This document shows, piece by piece, positions 37,681-52,116 of a stretch of DNA of 64,000 bases. Source of the stretch: Octopus sinensis. Lineage: Eukaryota. The notes below the pieces were generated by a model that made no database searches, had not been told where the DNA came from, and worked only from the letters and a program-made list of their open reading frames with translations. The translations under genes and the position numbers were made by a program. The stretch lies in the NCBI RefSeq assembly GCF_006345805.1, contig NC_042997.1, positions 38,750,001-38,814,000 of the forward strand, written 5' to 3'. Within the stretch, counting starts at the first letter, position 1. Every line of letters starts with the position of its first letter.

Positions 37681-39714
37681 ATACAATGTCAAGCCTTTGA
37701 TGTTTTTGGAGTGACAAATATAAGTGTTAACTAGATATCAATCACGACCACATTGATAAGGGGGAGTCCTTTATTGAGTTAAAATTACTTCTGCGTCTTA
37801 CTACTGATTTTGCTACGGAAGACGAAACGGAAACCAAAGGAAGGCAGCTTTGAAAATTTACAGTATATCCAAAGGAATAATCGTACGAACACGTCTCCGT
37901 ACTTGGTAATACTGCTACTGATTTTTCTCATCATTTCCGTTAGTATTGATAACTGTGTGGGACAGTATTCTAAACCAAAACTGATAACGAATTACCTCAG
38001 ATACACCATGAACACCTAGCATATGAGAAGCCTTCTCATACTTCCTGTACCACAGAACTATAATTGTCAAATGAAATAGATTTATACGAGTTAAACGAAG
38101 ATTTTGCCAACAAAAATGCCAGACAATAACTTTATAGGGTGTAGTTAATATTTCAGAAGTAAACATGTTCTCCTAGTGTTTTAACTTATTTTGCTCAGTA
38201 TGTCCTTTCTTGCTTTTGTTTAAGTATGTCTTATCTTTGTTGTGGTGAATGTTGCAAACTAATGGTCCATCCCAAGTAGCCCAACTAGCAACGCCACAAG
38301 GTCACGCATATAAGTATAAATTTTATGAAGGATATTTTATAACTTTGTAGAAAAATGGAATTAATGTCTTGGCCATGCAGCTAATCGTTCACCTTGATAA
38401 TAAGCAATTATTCCTTCTGAATTTTTTGCTGACAAACTATCCTGTATTATGTTATGTAATGTTGTTTTCCCATGGTCAAAGGTTGATCGAGCAAACATAC
38501 AATATATGACATTCCCATTATAAAAATCTCTTTTTTTTTCTTCAGAGAGTATATCTAGGGTTACAAAATCAGTTTTGAGTTTTCAATTTTGTGTTCATTT
38601 TGTGTTTTCAATTGGATATCATTTTTAAGATTAGTTTTGACTTTGAAGAACCCTGCCGTTACTTCTATCAACCAAATATTAGGGCATTTAATTCCTCCTT
38701 TAATCCTTGTGTTGCTTTTATTTAAACAGAAACCCAGTAGTGGATCACATCAAGGATTTCTTTACAGATACACCATGAATAGAGACAAAGATTTGAATAA
38801 GTTGAGAAATATTTTCTCTCTCATTCTTTCTTTCTCTCACGTTCTCATCCTTACTAACTGTTTTCTCTCTGTTTCTTTCTCTTCCTCTCAAAAGTGTTTT
38901 CTTGTGTAAATATAGATAGAATTTCAGTAATGGCTAATTGTTTTATTTTCGCCAATAAAGATTCTCTATAATTCAGCTCTTCGTGTATAATGTGAGCTGT
39001 TGGTTTAGAAACCCATTATTAATGCATAAAATATAAACATATGGCATGGAACGACTGCAAACATAGAATAGAAAAACTTGAAATAAATCAATTTTCTCAA
39101 TTATTTACATTATATCTTGGAGACAAAATTAAAAATGAAATACCATTCATCAAATGCAGAGACACACGTTAAAATTTTCTGTAGATTCAAAGGCGTGGGA
39201 TGTTAAAAATACATGACTAATAGCAACACGTGTACACTTTTCTGAAGCTTCTAGAGAGTATCATTTTGTAAAATATAGTAGCCAAAAGAATAATTTTAAG
39301 ACAAAAATCCTACTTCATAATATCTTTAAAACTTTATTACATTAATGTATCAATGATAAACACATAAACTTGTCAAAATATAAAGCAGTATGTTCTAATT
39401 GTAACGCTTAATTTTCACATATTTTGTCTTGCTGAATTTCTTTTTTCTTTACTTTGTTTCCATTTTTGTTTTGTTTTTTGTTTTGTTTTTGTTTTTGTTT
39501 TTTTTTAGTATTTTTTAATATTTTTCATCTGTCAATGAAATTTCCCTGCAGGCGATAATCTCATGGGACTTTGAAATTGAAAGGTGTTATTATCTTTTTT
39601 TTTATCATTATTTTATCTTTGTTTATCTCATTTATAAGAATATTGCTTTCTTTTTCTAAAATTTGACTTATAAAATAATGTGTTACTTTTTGCGTTTATA
39701 TGTGTTTTTGTGTG

Positions 39715-39995
<281 letters not shown>

Positions 39996-40266
39996 GCATG
40001 TATGAATGAATCTCTGCTCACATGCATCTAAGCGTGGATGGTGAATATAACGTTTCGTAAAAATAATGGCATTGTCGCGATTTCATTCATTTTATTTCGA
40101 AAATGGAGGCTAATCAAAACATGAATTCTTGTAAATTTTTACCACTGGCAATAATTTTCTCAAATTATAACCAACACTTTTGCAACTAAAGGATATTCTT
40201 CACGCCAGAAATTTATTCCACGTGTTATAATGAGTGTGCACAATAAATGGAATATATTGGGAGTAG

Positions 40267-41514
40267 TATTAAATTGTTTAAAAAAAAAAAACCTGGAACG
40301 CTGCTACTATTATTATGTAGTAAAATGAGTACTAACATATTAGATATATTGTGGAGTGAATCTGCTTTTTGGCTGTATTGTGACAACTAAGAAAATGTGG
40401 CGACATTATTAGACCTCATCAGCGAAGCATGGCCTATCCTATCAAAGCAATCCAGTTAGCTTCCATCGTAACATTTGTAATGTTTGCTAATATTGATTCG
40501 TTTTCATGTAATATATTACAAATATCTTTCAAATGGATGTCAAGAAATTTCTAAATTTATAATTAGTGATGACTTTGGAAAGCTTACAAACAGTTACGAT
40601 AATTTTCTCTTGAAGCATATGTAACTTAGTCACTGATGTTTATATGCCGCCCAACATTTAATCGTTTCTGTGGTGTGTGATTAAGTGACTAAGCTTTCAA
40701 ATACGGGCGACTTTCGTTTTGTAAAAGGCGTGCAATATATTTAATACGTGGTCTGAAGAGCGTGGCATGGTAAAGTGATGCGAGGATAAGAGATGAATAT
40801 ATTGTTGAACTTGAATTTATGTGATATCTAGTTAAATAGTTCAAATGTGCACAGGAACTTATATGTATGTTGACGAGTTAGTCTTCAGCACCTAAATAAA
40901 TATGGTAAAAGTGTATACTTATTTGCTTTGTAGTTATTTGAAGATCAGATAATATGGTTAGGCTATGCTTTGCTGATGAGGTCTAATAATGTCGCCACAG
41001 TTTTGGAGTTGTCACAATACAGCCAAAAAGCAGATTCACTCAACAATGCATCTAATATATTAACACTCATTTTACTACATAATAGTAGCGCAATGGCCCA
41101 GTGGTTAGGGCAACGGACTCGCGGTCATAGGATTGCGGTTTCGATTCCCAGACCGGGCGTTGTGAGTGTTTATTGAGCGAAAACACCTAAAGCTCCACGA
41201 GGCTCCAGCAGGGATGGTAGTGATCCCTGCTGTACTCTTTCACCACAACTTTCTCTCACTCTTACTTCCTGTTTCTGTTGTACCTGTATTTCAAAGGGCC
41301 GGCCTTGTCACTCTCTGTGTCACGCTGAATATCCCCGAGAACTACGTTAAGGGTACGCGTGTCTGTGGAGTGCTCAGCCACTTACACGTTAATTTCACGA
41401 GCAGGCTGTTCCGTTGATTCGGATCAACCGGAACCCTCGTCGTCGTAACCGACGGAGTGCTTCCATTTCCAGTAGCAGCAGCGTTCCAGGACTTATTTTT
41501 TTAACAATTTAATA
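40267..41514. mobile_element. Long-TIR/foldback element with a SINE-C inserted in its right arm
   Basis: Left arm 40267-40436 is the reverse complement of 40959-41089 plus 41477-41514; spacer about 520 bp. Confidence 0.82.
41090..41470 (+). mobile_element. SINE family C, full length
   Basis: tRNA-like head gcaatggcccagtggttagggc...ggtttcgattccc; agtagc direct repeat at 41084-41089 / 41471-41476. Confidence 0.93.
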
Positions 41515-42522
41515 AAATATTCGGAGGCCATATATAATGTTTCTCTCACAGACTTCTGAATAGGAGTGAAGAATTACAACGGCAAATATTAATTTTTCTC
41601 TTTCATAAGGATAGGTAAATATTTAAACGGCAACATCTTAATCCAGTAGCATTTTTTGAAGAGGAAAATTTGCTTCGCAGATATTCCGAAGTTGTTATGA
41701 TTCACAACATCCTCAGCGATATTTTGCACTATTTATTTAACACTGACTTCGTTTCCGTGTACTCATTAAAAATTGCAAGTTGCTCGACTAGTGATTAATT
41801 CATGCAGAAAATTCAAGCAATCGATTTGTCCATTTGACCATAACATTCGTAAAGATTAATAATGACCATGAAATGAATAACTTACGAATTTATAGACGAC
41901 TGGCATTTAATGATAAGGAGAGTACACGGTATAATGGTTTAAATTATTGTTGCACTGGAAATCTATCAGTTTTTCTTCACTGCCAGTAAACATTATACGA
42001 ACATATATACAAATATATGTTATTTAATCATGCATAAAGAAAACTAGATATTAACTGAAAGAGCACTCGCTACAGTTAAATGGAATATATAGCTTATTTT
42101 CACTTGAACAAAACACGCAGTGAATTCGAATTTCTACTGGGCGTTTGCTTCGTCGGGCATCGAGTTTTATAATCTCAGTTTTGCTCCAACTTGTTTGTGT
42201 AACATATCCAGCGCTATACAGGACTTAGTTGAATTGCAAAGTATAAATTATTCTGGATTTCACATAGAGTATTTAAGTGGGTGTGAATAAAGGAAGAAGA
42301 AACAAAATAATATGGGATATTTGAGAAGAAGACACACTATGACAACAATAACTATATGTGATGTATAAGGTAGAGAGGTGAAATATCGAAGACAAAATTG
42401 CATAGAAAACTAATTCACTGGCATTGGTATTTAACAAGCATTCTTCAACCGAAATACGCATACTCAACACACATACGCACACACATACACAAATCCATAT
42501 ACATACACATATACACACACTA

Positions 42523-44280
42523 GAGAGGTGCGTGGAAAACAATGCAAAAGTGGGCATAATTTTTTTTATATTATTATTAACTGATATAGATCGCTCAAAT
42601 TGCTGTTTGGAGAGAGAAACTCTTCCTCCGTATAAAAATACTACTCAACATAATCTCCATCAACAGCGATGCATTTGCAAACACGTTCAGCCTCACTCAC
42701 GAACCTACCTTTATGGAAGAAATTCAGGTGAACACTGTTGCACCCACTTTCTCCACAGTTCTATTCTCCTTGTTTGTGTCATCAAATCCGTTATCCTCGA
42801 ACACCGCTCTTCATTGGACTGAACAGGTGCAAGCTGGAGGGTGTTATATTCGAGCTGTATCCTGGATGGGGACCACTTAGTTCGATTTGCCCATTGCTTT
42901 ATTCGTTACCAAAATGCGTGTGGTTGCACATTGTCATGGTAACCGTGGATCGTTTTCAGATACTTATTATATTTATTTCAGATACTTCCACTTAATGGTT
43001 ATTCTAAGCATTTGCTGAGGGTCTCAATATACTGCTTGCTGCTCACAGTACAGTTATACAGTAATCGTTCGCCATATCGCGGTTCACCTATCGCGCCCTC
43101 AGTACATCACGGATTTTTCTGGCTGATATATATAAATTTATATCCCGGACTCCTCAAGGTTTCTGCGGCCGGTGGATATTTATATTTCTATTTTTTTAGA
43201 TTTGAATTATTTTTTGTAATAAAATAAGCATTTTTACGCCTAAAAATTAATAAATAAAAATACAATACAGTACTGCACTGTGTAACACATTAATTAAAAC
43301 ATATTAAAAGAAAATAATGTACTGTGGATGAGTAAACGAAGAATCGCACATACTGTATGGAAACGAAGCTCGGGAGGCGAGTGTGTGGCGTTGTTTTGTA
43401 TTTATAACAAAATGAATATATACAAATTATAAAAATGATTTCTAAAAATATACAGTACAAAATTATTTCTACTTCGCGGATTTTCACCTATCGCAAGTGG
43501 GGTTTGAAACGTAACACCCGCGATAGTCGAGGGATTACTGTATTTCAGAAAATCAAGGAGAATAACGAAAATATCGACCAAAAGTCATCATGACTTTCTT
43601 TGTCGATCGCTGGCTTTTTGAATTTCTTAAGCCTTGAAGAAGAGATATGAAGCGATATGAATCTATTCCTTTGGACTGAGTCTTCGTTTCCGATCGTAAG
43701 GATTGGGCCACATTGTATTTCTTGTCAATAGATCAGAACAAAAACCTATCTTCATTGCCTTCAAATGCTTCCAGCAAGTCAGACTAGCCTGCCCACCTCT
43801 TCTCCTTTGAATGTAATGTCAACTGCAGAGGTAGCCACTTAGCATAAACTTTCCTATACCCAAGCTCTTCTACCGTGTCCTGTAAAACTTTGTGACCAAA
43901 AACCAATTATGCGGCAAGCTCAGAGAGTGTAACTGGTTTGTCAGCTCATATCAATTCTTCCACTCGCTCGCAATTCCTGCCAGTAGTTGAAATTGAGGGT
44001 TTCCCACTGTATGGTTTGTCTTCAGTGCTGGTCTCTTCTTTAAACGTCTTTCATCAATGTTGTGAACTCCGTAAACAATCTTAAGACCTCAGTGGATGAT
44101 GGACAACCTGCACACCTCCTTTGTGAAGAATTCAATGACACTAGATTCCTTCAACTTGGAACCAATTATTTTCCTGAAATTACAGGGATAAGAGACACTT
44201 TAGATGTAAAGTTACTCTACCAACATGTACCATTCGTACAGGGGATATGCTCACTTGTGCATTATTTACGACACAAACCA
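42523..44280 (-). mobile_element. Near full-length decayed mariner (about 1.27 kb excluding the nested MITE)
   Basis: EDKPYSGKPS..VEELI..LGYRKVYAKWLP; ETKTQS..KKVMMTF; HDNVQPH; KCIAVDGDYVE*; TIR-like ends TA|GAGAGGTGCGTGGAAAACAATGC and gcattatttacgacaca. Confidence 0.82.
43059..43540. mobile_element. pogo/Tigger-like MITE
   Basis: TA|CAGTAATCGTTCGCCATATCGCGG ... CCGCGATAGTCGAGGGATTACTG|TA; non-coding. Confidence 0.88.
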
Positions 44281-44453
44281 TGTTCATATGTTTGCGTGTA
44301 AGTATGTAAGTGCGTATATGTTAGTTGAATATATTTGTTTCTCTGCATGTTCTACATAAAAAACATCATTAAACATGAAATAACTTGATTAATTATTCAA
44401 GAACTAATTCAGTATATCTAATATGAATATATGTATACATACATGTATACATA

Positions 44454-44967
44454 GGCGCAGGAGTGGCTGTGTGGTAAGTAGCTTGCTAACCAACCACATG
44501 GTTCCGGGTTCAGTCCAACTGCGTGGCATCTTGGGAAAGTGTCTTCTGCTATAGCCCCGGGCCGACCAATGCCTTGTGAGTGGATTTGGTAGACGGAAAC
44601 TGAAAGAAGCCTGTCGTATATATGTATATATATATATATATATGTGTGTGTATGTGTTTGTGTGTCTGTGTTTGTCCCTCTAGCATTGCTTGACAAGATG
44701 ACACTTTCCCAAGATGCCACGCAGTTGGACTGAACCCGGAACCATGTGGTTGGTTAGCAAGCTACTTACCACACAGCCACTCCTGCGCCTATGTATACAT
44801 GTATGTGTGTTTACGTCCCCGTAACCTAGCAGTTCGGCAAAAGAGACCGATAGAATAAGTACTGGGCTTACAAAGAATAAGTCCCGGGGTCGATTTGCTC
44901 GACTAAAGGCGGTGCTCCAGCATGGCCGCAGTCAAATGACTGAAACAAGTAAAAGAGTAAAAGAGAG
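44454..44967 (+). mobile_element. SINE family A with an internal inverted self-duplication
   Basis: Full copy in which 44700-44806 is the reverse complement of 44437-44543. Confidence 0.92.
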
Positions 44968-44975
44968 TATACATA

Positions 44976-45014
<39 letters not shown>

Positions 45015-46178
45015 TGTGTTATCAGTATGGAATAATATATACATAATCTGTATTTAAAAAATAAAACAAAAGCGAGATGGGTTTTATTACTCTATGTAAG
45101 TGCTTTGAGTTATACTCGTAACTAGCTTATTATAAAATCAGTAGCTGAAGCTTAGGCTCTTGTAGAATATAATTGGGTTTCGTTACGACCATCACTGTGA
45201 TATGCCTTCGATGTTTTCGTATACCCAGCTCGTGTCAATAGGTGTAGTGCAAGCATTGTTTCCTGCGAAATGAATCAATAACACTATCGATTTCATATTT
45301 CGTAAGTTAAAGCTGAAGCATTCTTGCATCTTTTGGCGTTTTTACATTTATGAATCTATTTATGAATGTGCGTGTGTCTCTATATATGTGTGTACGCAAG
45401 TGGATACATTCGTGTGTGTGCATATGTCTCTATATATGTGTGTATGCAAGTGGATACATGCGTGTGTGTGTGTGCATATGTCTCAATCCAAAAACATCTT
45501 AGATATGTATTGTTTCCCTACTTTAATTTTTCAAACAATGATTTCTAAAAATAGCTCTTAACCTCGCAATACACTTTCTCCTCTCCCTCTTTCTCTCCTT
45601 TCTTTCTGCTCTCTTTTCCGCCATTCTCCTTCCCTTTCGCTTTCACTCTTTCTTTTTTCTCTCTCCTTCATCCGATCTCTCTCTCCTACTGTCTGCCTAC
45701 CAAGAACTTCCTTCATATATATGTGCGTGTATGCGCGTATATATACATATGTGTGTGTGTGTATGTGTGTGTGTGTGTATGTGTGTGTGTGTGTATGTGT
45801 GTGTGTAAGAAAAGAGAGACGACAGGAATAAACGATTACCTTATCAACTTCATTAGCTAACAGTTGTTTCCGACGTAAGATGCGGTTGACTCATTGTTGA
45901 ATGCCTGAGTAACACCTTGTAGGTTCATTGGAACCTCAAACACGAGGAGCAATTTATTTGGGGAAACAATTACATTTAAGCATATATACAGGAAAACATT
46001 AAAAATAAGAAAACATATATAGAAGATGAAATTCAGGGGCTACTCGCATAATTAGAATAAGATTGCTTCTAAGATGCGTATACTGATCGATATGCCCAGA
46101 TGCAGAGAAAGAGTAAATAGATCTATCAGTAAGAATATAGGTACAGAGAGAGAGAGAGAGAGACTTATACATATACAC

Positions 46179-46560
46179 AGCTGGCAGAAACGTTAGCGCG
46201 TTGTCTGCCGCTACTTTCTGAGTTCAAATTCCGCCGAGGTCGACTTTACCTTTCATCCTTTCGGGGTCGATAAATTAAGTACCAGTTACGCACTGGGGTC
46301 GATGTAATCGACTTAATACCTATGTCTGTCCTTGTTTGTCCGCTATGTGTTTAACCCCTTGTGGGTAATAAAGAAATAGGTATTTCGTCTGCGTTACGCT
46401 GTGAGTTCGAATTCCGCCGAGGTCGACTTTGCCTTTCATCCTTTCGGGGTCGATAAATTAAGTACCAGTTACGCACTGGGGTCGATATAATAGACTTAAT
46501 CCATTTGTAAATCCTTGTTTGTTCCCTCTATGTTTATCCCCTTGTGGGTAGTCAAGAAAT
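46179..46560 (+). mobile_element. SINE-B head-to-tail dimer
   Basis: Unit 1 runs to 46380; unit 2 starts at tatttcgtctgc. Confidence 0.9.
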
Positions 46561-46899
46561 ATATACATATACACATGTATATAGACATACGCAAAGACAC
46601 ATTCATGCATATACGTGTACATACATAACACTCACACACATACACAGATCTATATATATATATATATATAAACACACATGCATTTATCCACATACACACA
46701 CACACACACTCGGCATACGCGTGCACGCACGCATACAGACATTTGCTTGCTACTCCCAATATTCCACTTCCAATATTCCACTTAGAACAATTGTTAACAT
46801 ATCGTAGCCTTCACTTTGAGATTATTTCCTTTCTCTGATGCTACTAGCATGGCTTCCCTGTACCTATATCCATTGAGAACTGCTCTCACATGACAAACG

Positions 46900-47560
46900 C
46901 TAATTATATCAGACTTCTGAAATCTTTGGCAAAAGCAATTCTCATTTTTAGTTATTTATCTATTTATTTATTTTTATACAAGCAAAGCCTTCAACCGTGT
47001 CTAGCATAAGAACCACATTGCATCGATTTCCACCCATGTGCTTTATCCATATTTAATATCATGGATTAATGCTTTCCTGCAAATCTGTGTCATTTCAGTT
47101 TGTTCCAAAGAAGCATTTTCTCACCTAAATTTCATCAACTCCAATGCACTCTAAGATTCAGTCAAGTTTTCACACCTTTTCTGCTGCGGTGATCTACTTA
47201 ATAACACTAACCACACACACATTTACTTTACAACTGCGGCAACTTAGGCATCTCCGCCAAGACTTGCACAGACAGCTCGAAATCTGGGCTTTCTTCAATA
47301 GCATCATACGACACAATGGCTCGAAAATACAATTTCAGAGAAACAGTAAGCCTCCAGAATTGCTCTTAAGTTTAGGTTTCATGAACTCTGGTGAGCTTGC
47401 ATTGAAATAGCGGTATTCAGTTCAGTTAAGTTCTCCTTGGAACCAGCTAACTGGATACCACTGTCAGTAGCAAATGATGCGCCCGATTCTTCTTTCCTTT
47501 TCACTCTTAATGTCCTAGGTCTATCTCGAAGCGGTTTTCTTGACCATTTAATTTCAGAAC
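46900..47560 (+). mobile_element. Highly decayed CR1/Jockey-group RT fragment
   Basis: SKAFNRV*H..LISWINAFL..INSNAL*DSV resembles SKAFDRVWH..WI..FL..INSGVPQGSV. Confidence 0.55.
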
Positions 47561-50144
47561 TACAACTTCATTTCCACCTCTCTTTCTCTTGCATTTTTAA
47601 ACGCCAACATTCGACAATAAAGACTGAACGTAAATCTCGTCAATTTCATCAGTGTATGAAACTCCATAAAAATCCTGGACATCATCTCCTCTCTGAATAA
47701 CATAAAAAGTATAGCAATAATTTCACTCCTCTATAAAACGATGTATTTACTGCTTCACCAACAGAAATATTTATTTATTAATGCAAACTGACGTGTGATT
47801 TTTTTTTAATTACAGAAAAATTTGAAGCGTGTAAAAATTCTGTGTTGGTGTCTAGGTAGATGAGTGTGATTGCTTGCTCTAAATTTTGAATGAGTTCGTC
47901 CATTTATGTCGAGTCTGCTTAAGTTTAATGAATATATAACAAGTGGTTAAGCAAACATCAGCATAAGAGTGTCTGTCAAGAACCTCAGACCATAGAAGCA
48001 TGAATTCACCTTCGCGCAGTAATGAAATGCTCATTAATTAAACACTTCTCGAGCAGCTTATAACACTGATTTTAATCTAAACATGACACACTATTGGCAG
48101 AACAATCCAGTAAAAAAAATTTTTCCGTCAGGTTGTTTGAATATCTACTGACTTGGAAAGCTGCTATTTTACTAAATAGAAGTGGATGATAACAATAACA
48201 AATCAACATTTTTTTGTGAGACAGCCGACATTTTTGGAAAATTGATACACAGGACGAGACAAGTTGACATTTATTTCATCGCGAAGTTTGAAAGGAAATA
48301 ACGCCATCCAAAATTCCTCTAAGGAATGAAATACTTTTCGCTGAGAAATATGAGACATTGAAAATAGAGATATTCGAACTACTATTCAGCCAACGAAAGA
48401 TTCATTCTTGCAGTGACCTTAATATATTTTTGTATGTAAATACATTTAGGTATGGGCCGCACAGCGGTGAGCAACCCGATTAAGCTATGGAAAAAGTGTG
48501 GTGAATCTTGTAACACGAAGACGCGCTGGTAAAGTTAGTGGTGGCCCCAGTGATATTGTACAGTTATTAAACATGGTTATTAAACGATGGACAATAGCAC
48601 AAAGTTTGCAATTTCTTGTTATAGTGCTGACGCTATATAGAGTAAATCTCGTGAAAGGTTCGTAAGTTCGATTTATTCATGTCCAGACCAGGTAGGCAAC
48701 TCTATGCGCAAGTAAAAGCCAGTAGACGCTTTCTTTCGAGGGAAAGAGAAATGTAATACTTCATATTGACGCTGATAAGTGCTGGTATGTGGATTTATAT
48801 CAGTAGTGAGCTAACAACGTGAAACGGGTGAAGGGCAATCATTTTATATATCACCAGCTCAGGTGTACCCCAAACCGACCTATGTCACAATCGATTGACG
48901 AGGATTCATTCGTCGACCTGCTGTAGCAACGAAATGCGGTTTAATAGAATTTATAACATATGAGTCTTTCTAGCTTAAAAGGACTACTATCACTACTGCA
49001 ACCTTGTCCACAGAAAATTATTTGATGACTTCCTAAATAGAAATTAAAACCAGAGCACATGTAGGACTCGTACCACTGCACAGGTTCGCGCTTTGTGTGC
49101 ACACGCGTCCACTTTGTAGCACTTATGAGTTAACAAGAAGGTAAAATGCTCGATAGCAAAAGAAATGTGTTATATATTTTTTACTTACATAATATCTTAC
49201 TTTACATTATATCTCGTATTTTAGCTTCCCGATGCAGATTTCCAAGACAATATATCAGTAGTAATACAAGAAATCCATTAATTTGAATGTTTAGGAAAAA
49301 CCTGGATTATACAATAGCTTTTGATAGCATGCAGGAGAATAATTAAGATTATAAAGAAGTTATGAAAAATAGCGCAATGGAAATATTGTTATAAAGAGAG
49401 AAAAAAATTAATATATCAGAAATAGTTATGACAGTAAACGATAAAAATACTGGGAAATATATTTATGAAAAGAATAAAATAACGAAATAAACATAGTTGT
49501 GGCGTGGTTTTGAGAAGAGGAAAAAGGAAGGGGAGGGATTCTTAGATATGTGCATTCAATGCATAGCTGTTGTAAACCAAGTCTGAAAGAAAACCGAACT
49601 GTAAAGAAATGTGGCTGTAAATATATATTTGCGTGTGATACCCACACAAATATCTTTGCAGGGCATATGCATGTTTAGAAATTAATATTGCTAACGGAAG
49701 TGACAATAAAATGGTGAAGTTAAAATGATGACATTGAAATGGGTAAACAGTAAGGCTTCGTTGTGGAGTTAAGGTTGTGCGAGATGCTGTTACGGGCTAT
49801 GAAAATATAACGCTATGAAAAGGAATAAATATCAACATCACAGCAATTTGTATGTCTGTGAAAAGCTTTTTTATTGATTGTATATAAGGGCTCATAGACA
49901 CACACACACACACACCGGAACGTACACATGTACACATGAACGTACGAATGTATGTATAGAATGCAAAGGAGAGAATAATGAAAATAAACTAATCGAGTAA
50001 ATATAATTATCATGTATGGTAGTGTTGGGTGGGGCGGAAGGGAGAAAAGGAAGTTTACACATGCGCATTGAGTTTGAGCAATTTTAAGACAATGATGAAA
50101 GACAACCGATCTGTTTATAAATGATGCCATAGAATGATACGTAT

Positions 50145-50209
<65 letters not shown>

Positions 50210-50239
50210 ATATATATATATAGTGTAATAAATAAAAAT

Positions 50240-50440
50240 ATATGCATACATACAAACATATATGTACGTACCGACATCTACATGTATATATACATGCATA
50301 TATAAATATATATACGTACAGGACATCACAGGAAGACGAAAAAATCAACAGAACGAAAACAGAAAAGACATTTTGTTACAACAGAAGGACAGAGACGTGG
50401 AACAAGACGAAACGAAAACGAAAACGGGAAAAACAATTAT
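50240..50440. repeat. Dispersed repeat related to 57555-57790
   Basis: Shared catatatgtacgtacc.acatctacatgtatatatacatgcatata and the downstream purine-rich segment. Confidence 0.7.
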
Positions 50441-50447
50441 CATATAT

Positions 50448-50571
<124 letters not shown>

Positions 50572-51065
50572 GAATACGAGTGTATGTACTTTCACACACA
50601 TAGTAACTCACTCAGCGAACATACATGCACGCGCGAACGCACTCGTTTTGTATAAATAAGTGTAAAAATGTAAAGAGAGGAATAACATAGAGGTGACAGA
50701 AAAATGTCAAGATACTAACATTAAAGCAGACAGTTCGTCTTGGCTGTTGAATTACGGTCTTACGGAATCTCATAATGGGGTGTGTGAAAATTTACTGACA
50801 TAAAAGCATTACAATATTAATGTGAAAGCAACATCTGCGAATATGTGAAAAAAGTTTTTTAGTATGAGCGGGATTTTCTGTAAAAATATAATCGGGAAAA
50901 TTAAAAAGGCAAGCGCCATACTAAGAGGAATAAAGAGGATTTGACAAGGGTTGAAATTACGTGAAATTAGCGATGAATCGATAGTGAATGGTATGGGCGC
51001 AAATCCTTTGCAGTAAATGTGCCTCAGTAAACCCCTCCTCGAAACCAAGCATACTCAAGAACCAT

Positions 51066-51463
51066 ACTCCTTTACTTGTTTCAGTCATTTGACTGCGACC
51101 ATGCTGGAGCACCGCTTTTAGTCGAGCAAATCGACCCCAGGACGTATTCTTTGGAAGCCTAGTACTTATTCTATCGCACTCTTTTGCTGAACCGCTAATT
51201 TACGTGAACGTAAACACGGTTGTCAAGCGAAAACACAGACACACGAACACACACACCACACACACACATATATATATATATACACACATATACATATATA
51301 CGACGGGTTGCTTTCAGTTTCCGTCTACCAAATCCACTCACAAGGCTTTGGTCGACCCGAGGCTATAGTAGAAGACACTTGCCCAAGGTGCCACGCAGTG
51401 GGACTGAACCCGGAACCATGTGGCTGGTAAGCAAGCTACTTACCACACAGCCACTCCTGCGCC
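51066..51463 (-). mobile_element. SINE family A
   Basis: Reverse-complement match. Confidence 0.92.
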
Positions 51464-51881
51464 ATGTTTATTTTATTACCTCTTTACATTATTTACTTAT
51501 TTGCATGTTCTCTCTACACATATGTACGTGTGGGTGGTGTTATGTATATATTGGTAAAGCTTTTGACACACTTAACCATATACATACACGTTTGCCATCG
51601 ATATAGCTGTTTCCATGTCGTTATATTTTCACACTTCTATAACGTGATTCATAAGGCCGTAAACGTACAAACAACGTTCTCTATTTACCAATTCTTAACA
51701 TCATCATCATCACAACAATTTTTCTGTCACATGTGTTTGAACGTGTTTATATGTATACGTGTAGTACGTTTATATCTGAATGTGTGGGGGGTATGTATGT
51801 GTGTGTCTGTGTCTGTCTGTGTATGTGTATGTGTGTGTTTCTGAGTGTATATGTATGTATGCATATATTGTCAGCAATACC

Positions 51882-52116
51882 TATTTCTTTATTACCCACA
51901 AGGGGCTAAACATAGAGGGAACAAACAAGGACAGACATAGGTATTAAGTCGATTACATCGACCCCAGTGCGTAACTGGTACTTTAATTAATTGACCCCGA
52001 AAGGATGAAAGGCAAAGTCGACCTCGGCGGAATTTGAACTCAGAACGTAACGGCAGACGAAATACCGCAAAGCATTTCGCCCGGCGTGCTAACCGTTCTG
52101 CCAGCTCGCCGCCTTT
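51882..52116 (-). mobile_element. SINE family B with 16-bp TSD
   Basis: tattgtcagcaatacc at 51866-51881 and 52117-52132. Confidence 0.95.

Noticed and set aside
37810-38019. ORF with a hydrophobic stretch (signal peptide-like) and a DNCVGQ motif
   Set aside because: There is no in-frame ATG and no convincing splice donor; similarity to transposase DNCxGQ motifs is too short to support.
40973-41000. CUGAUGAG motif (also CUGAUGAAAC at about 18400)
   Set aside because: There is no stem II followed by GAAA in the correct position; it is a chance match.
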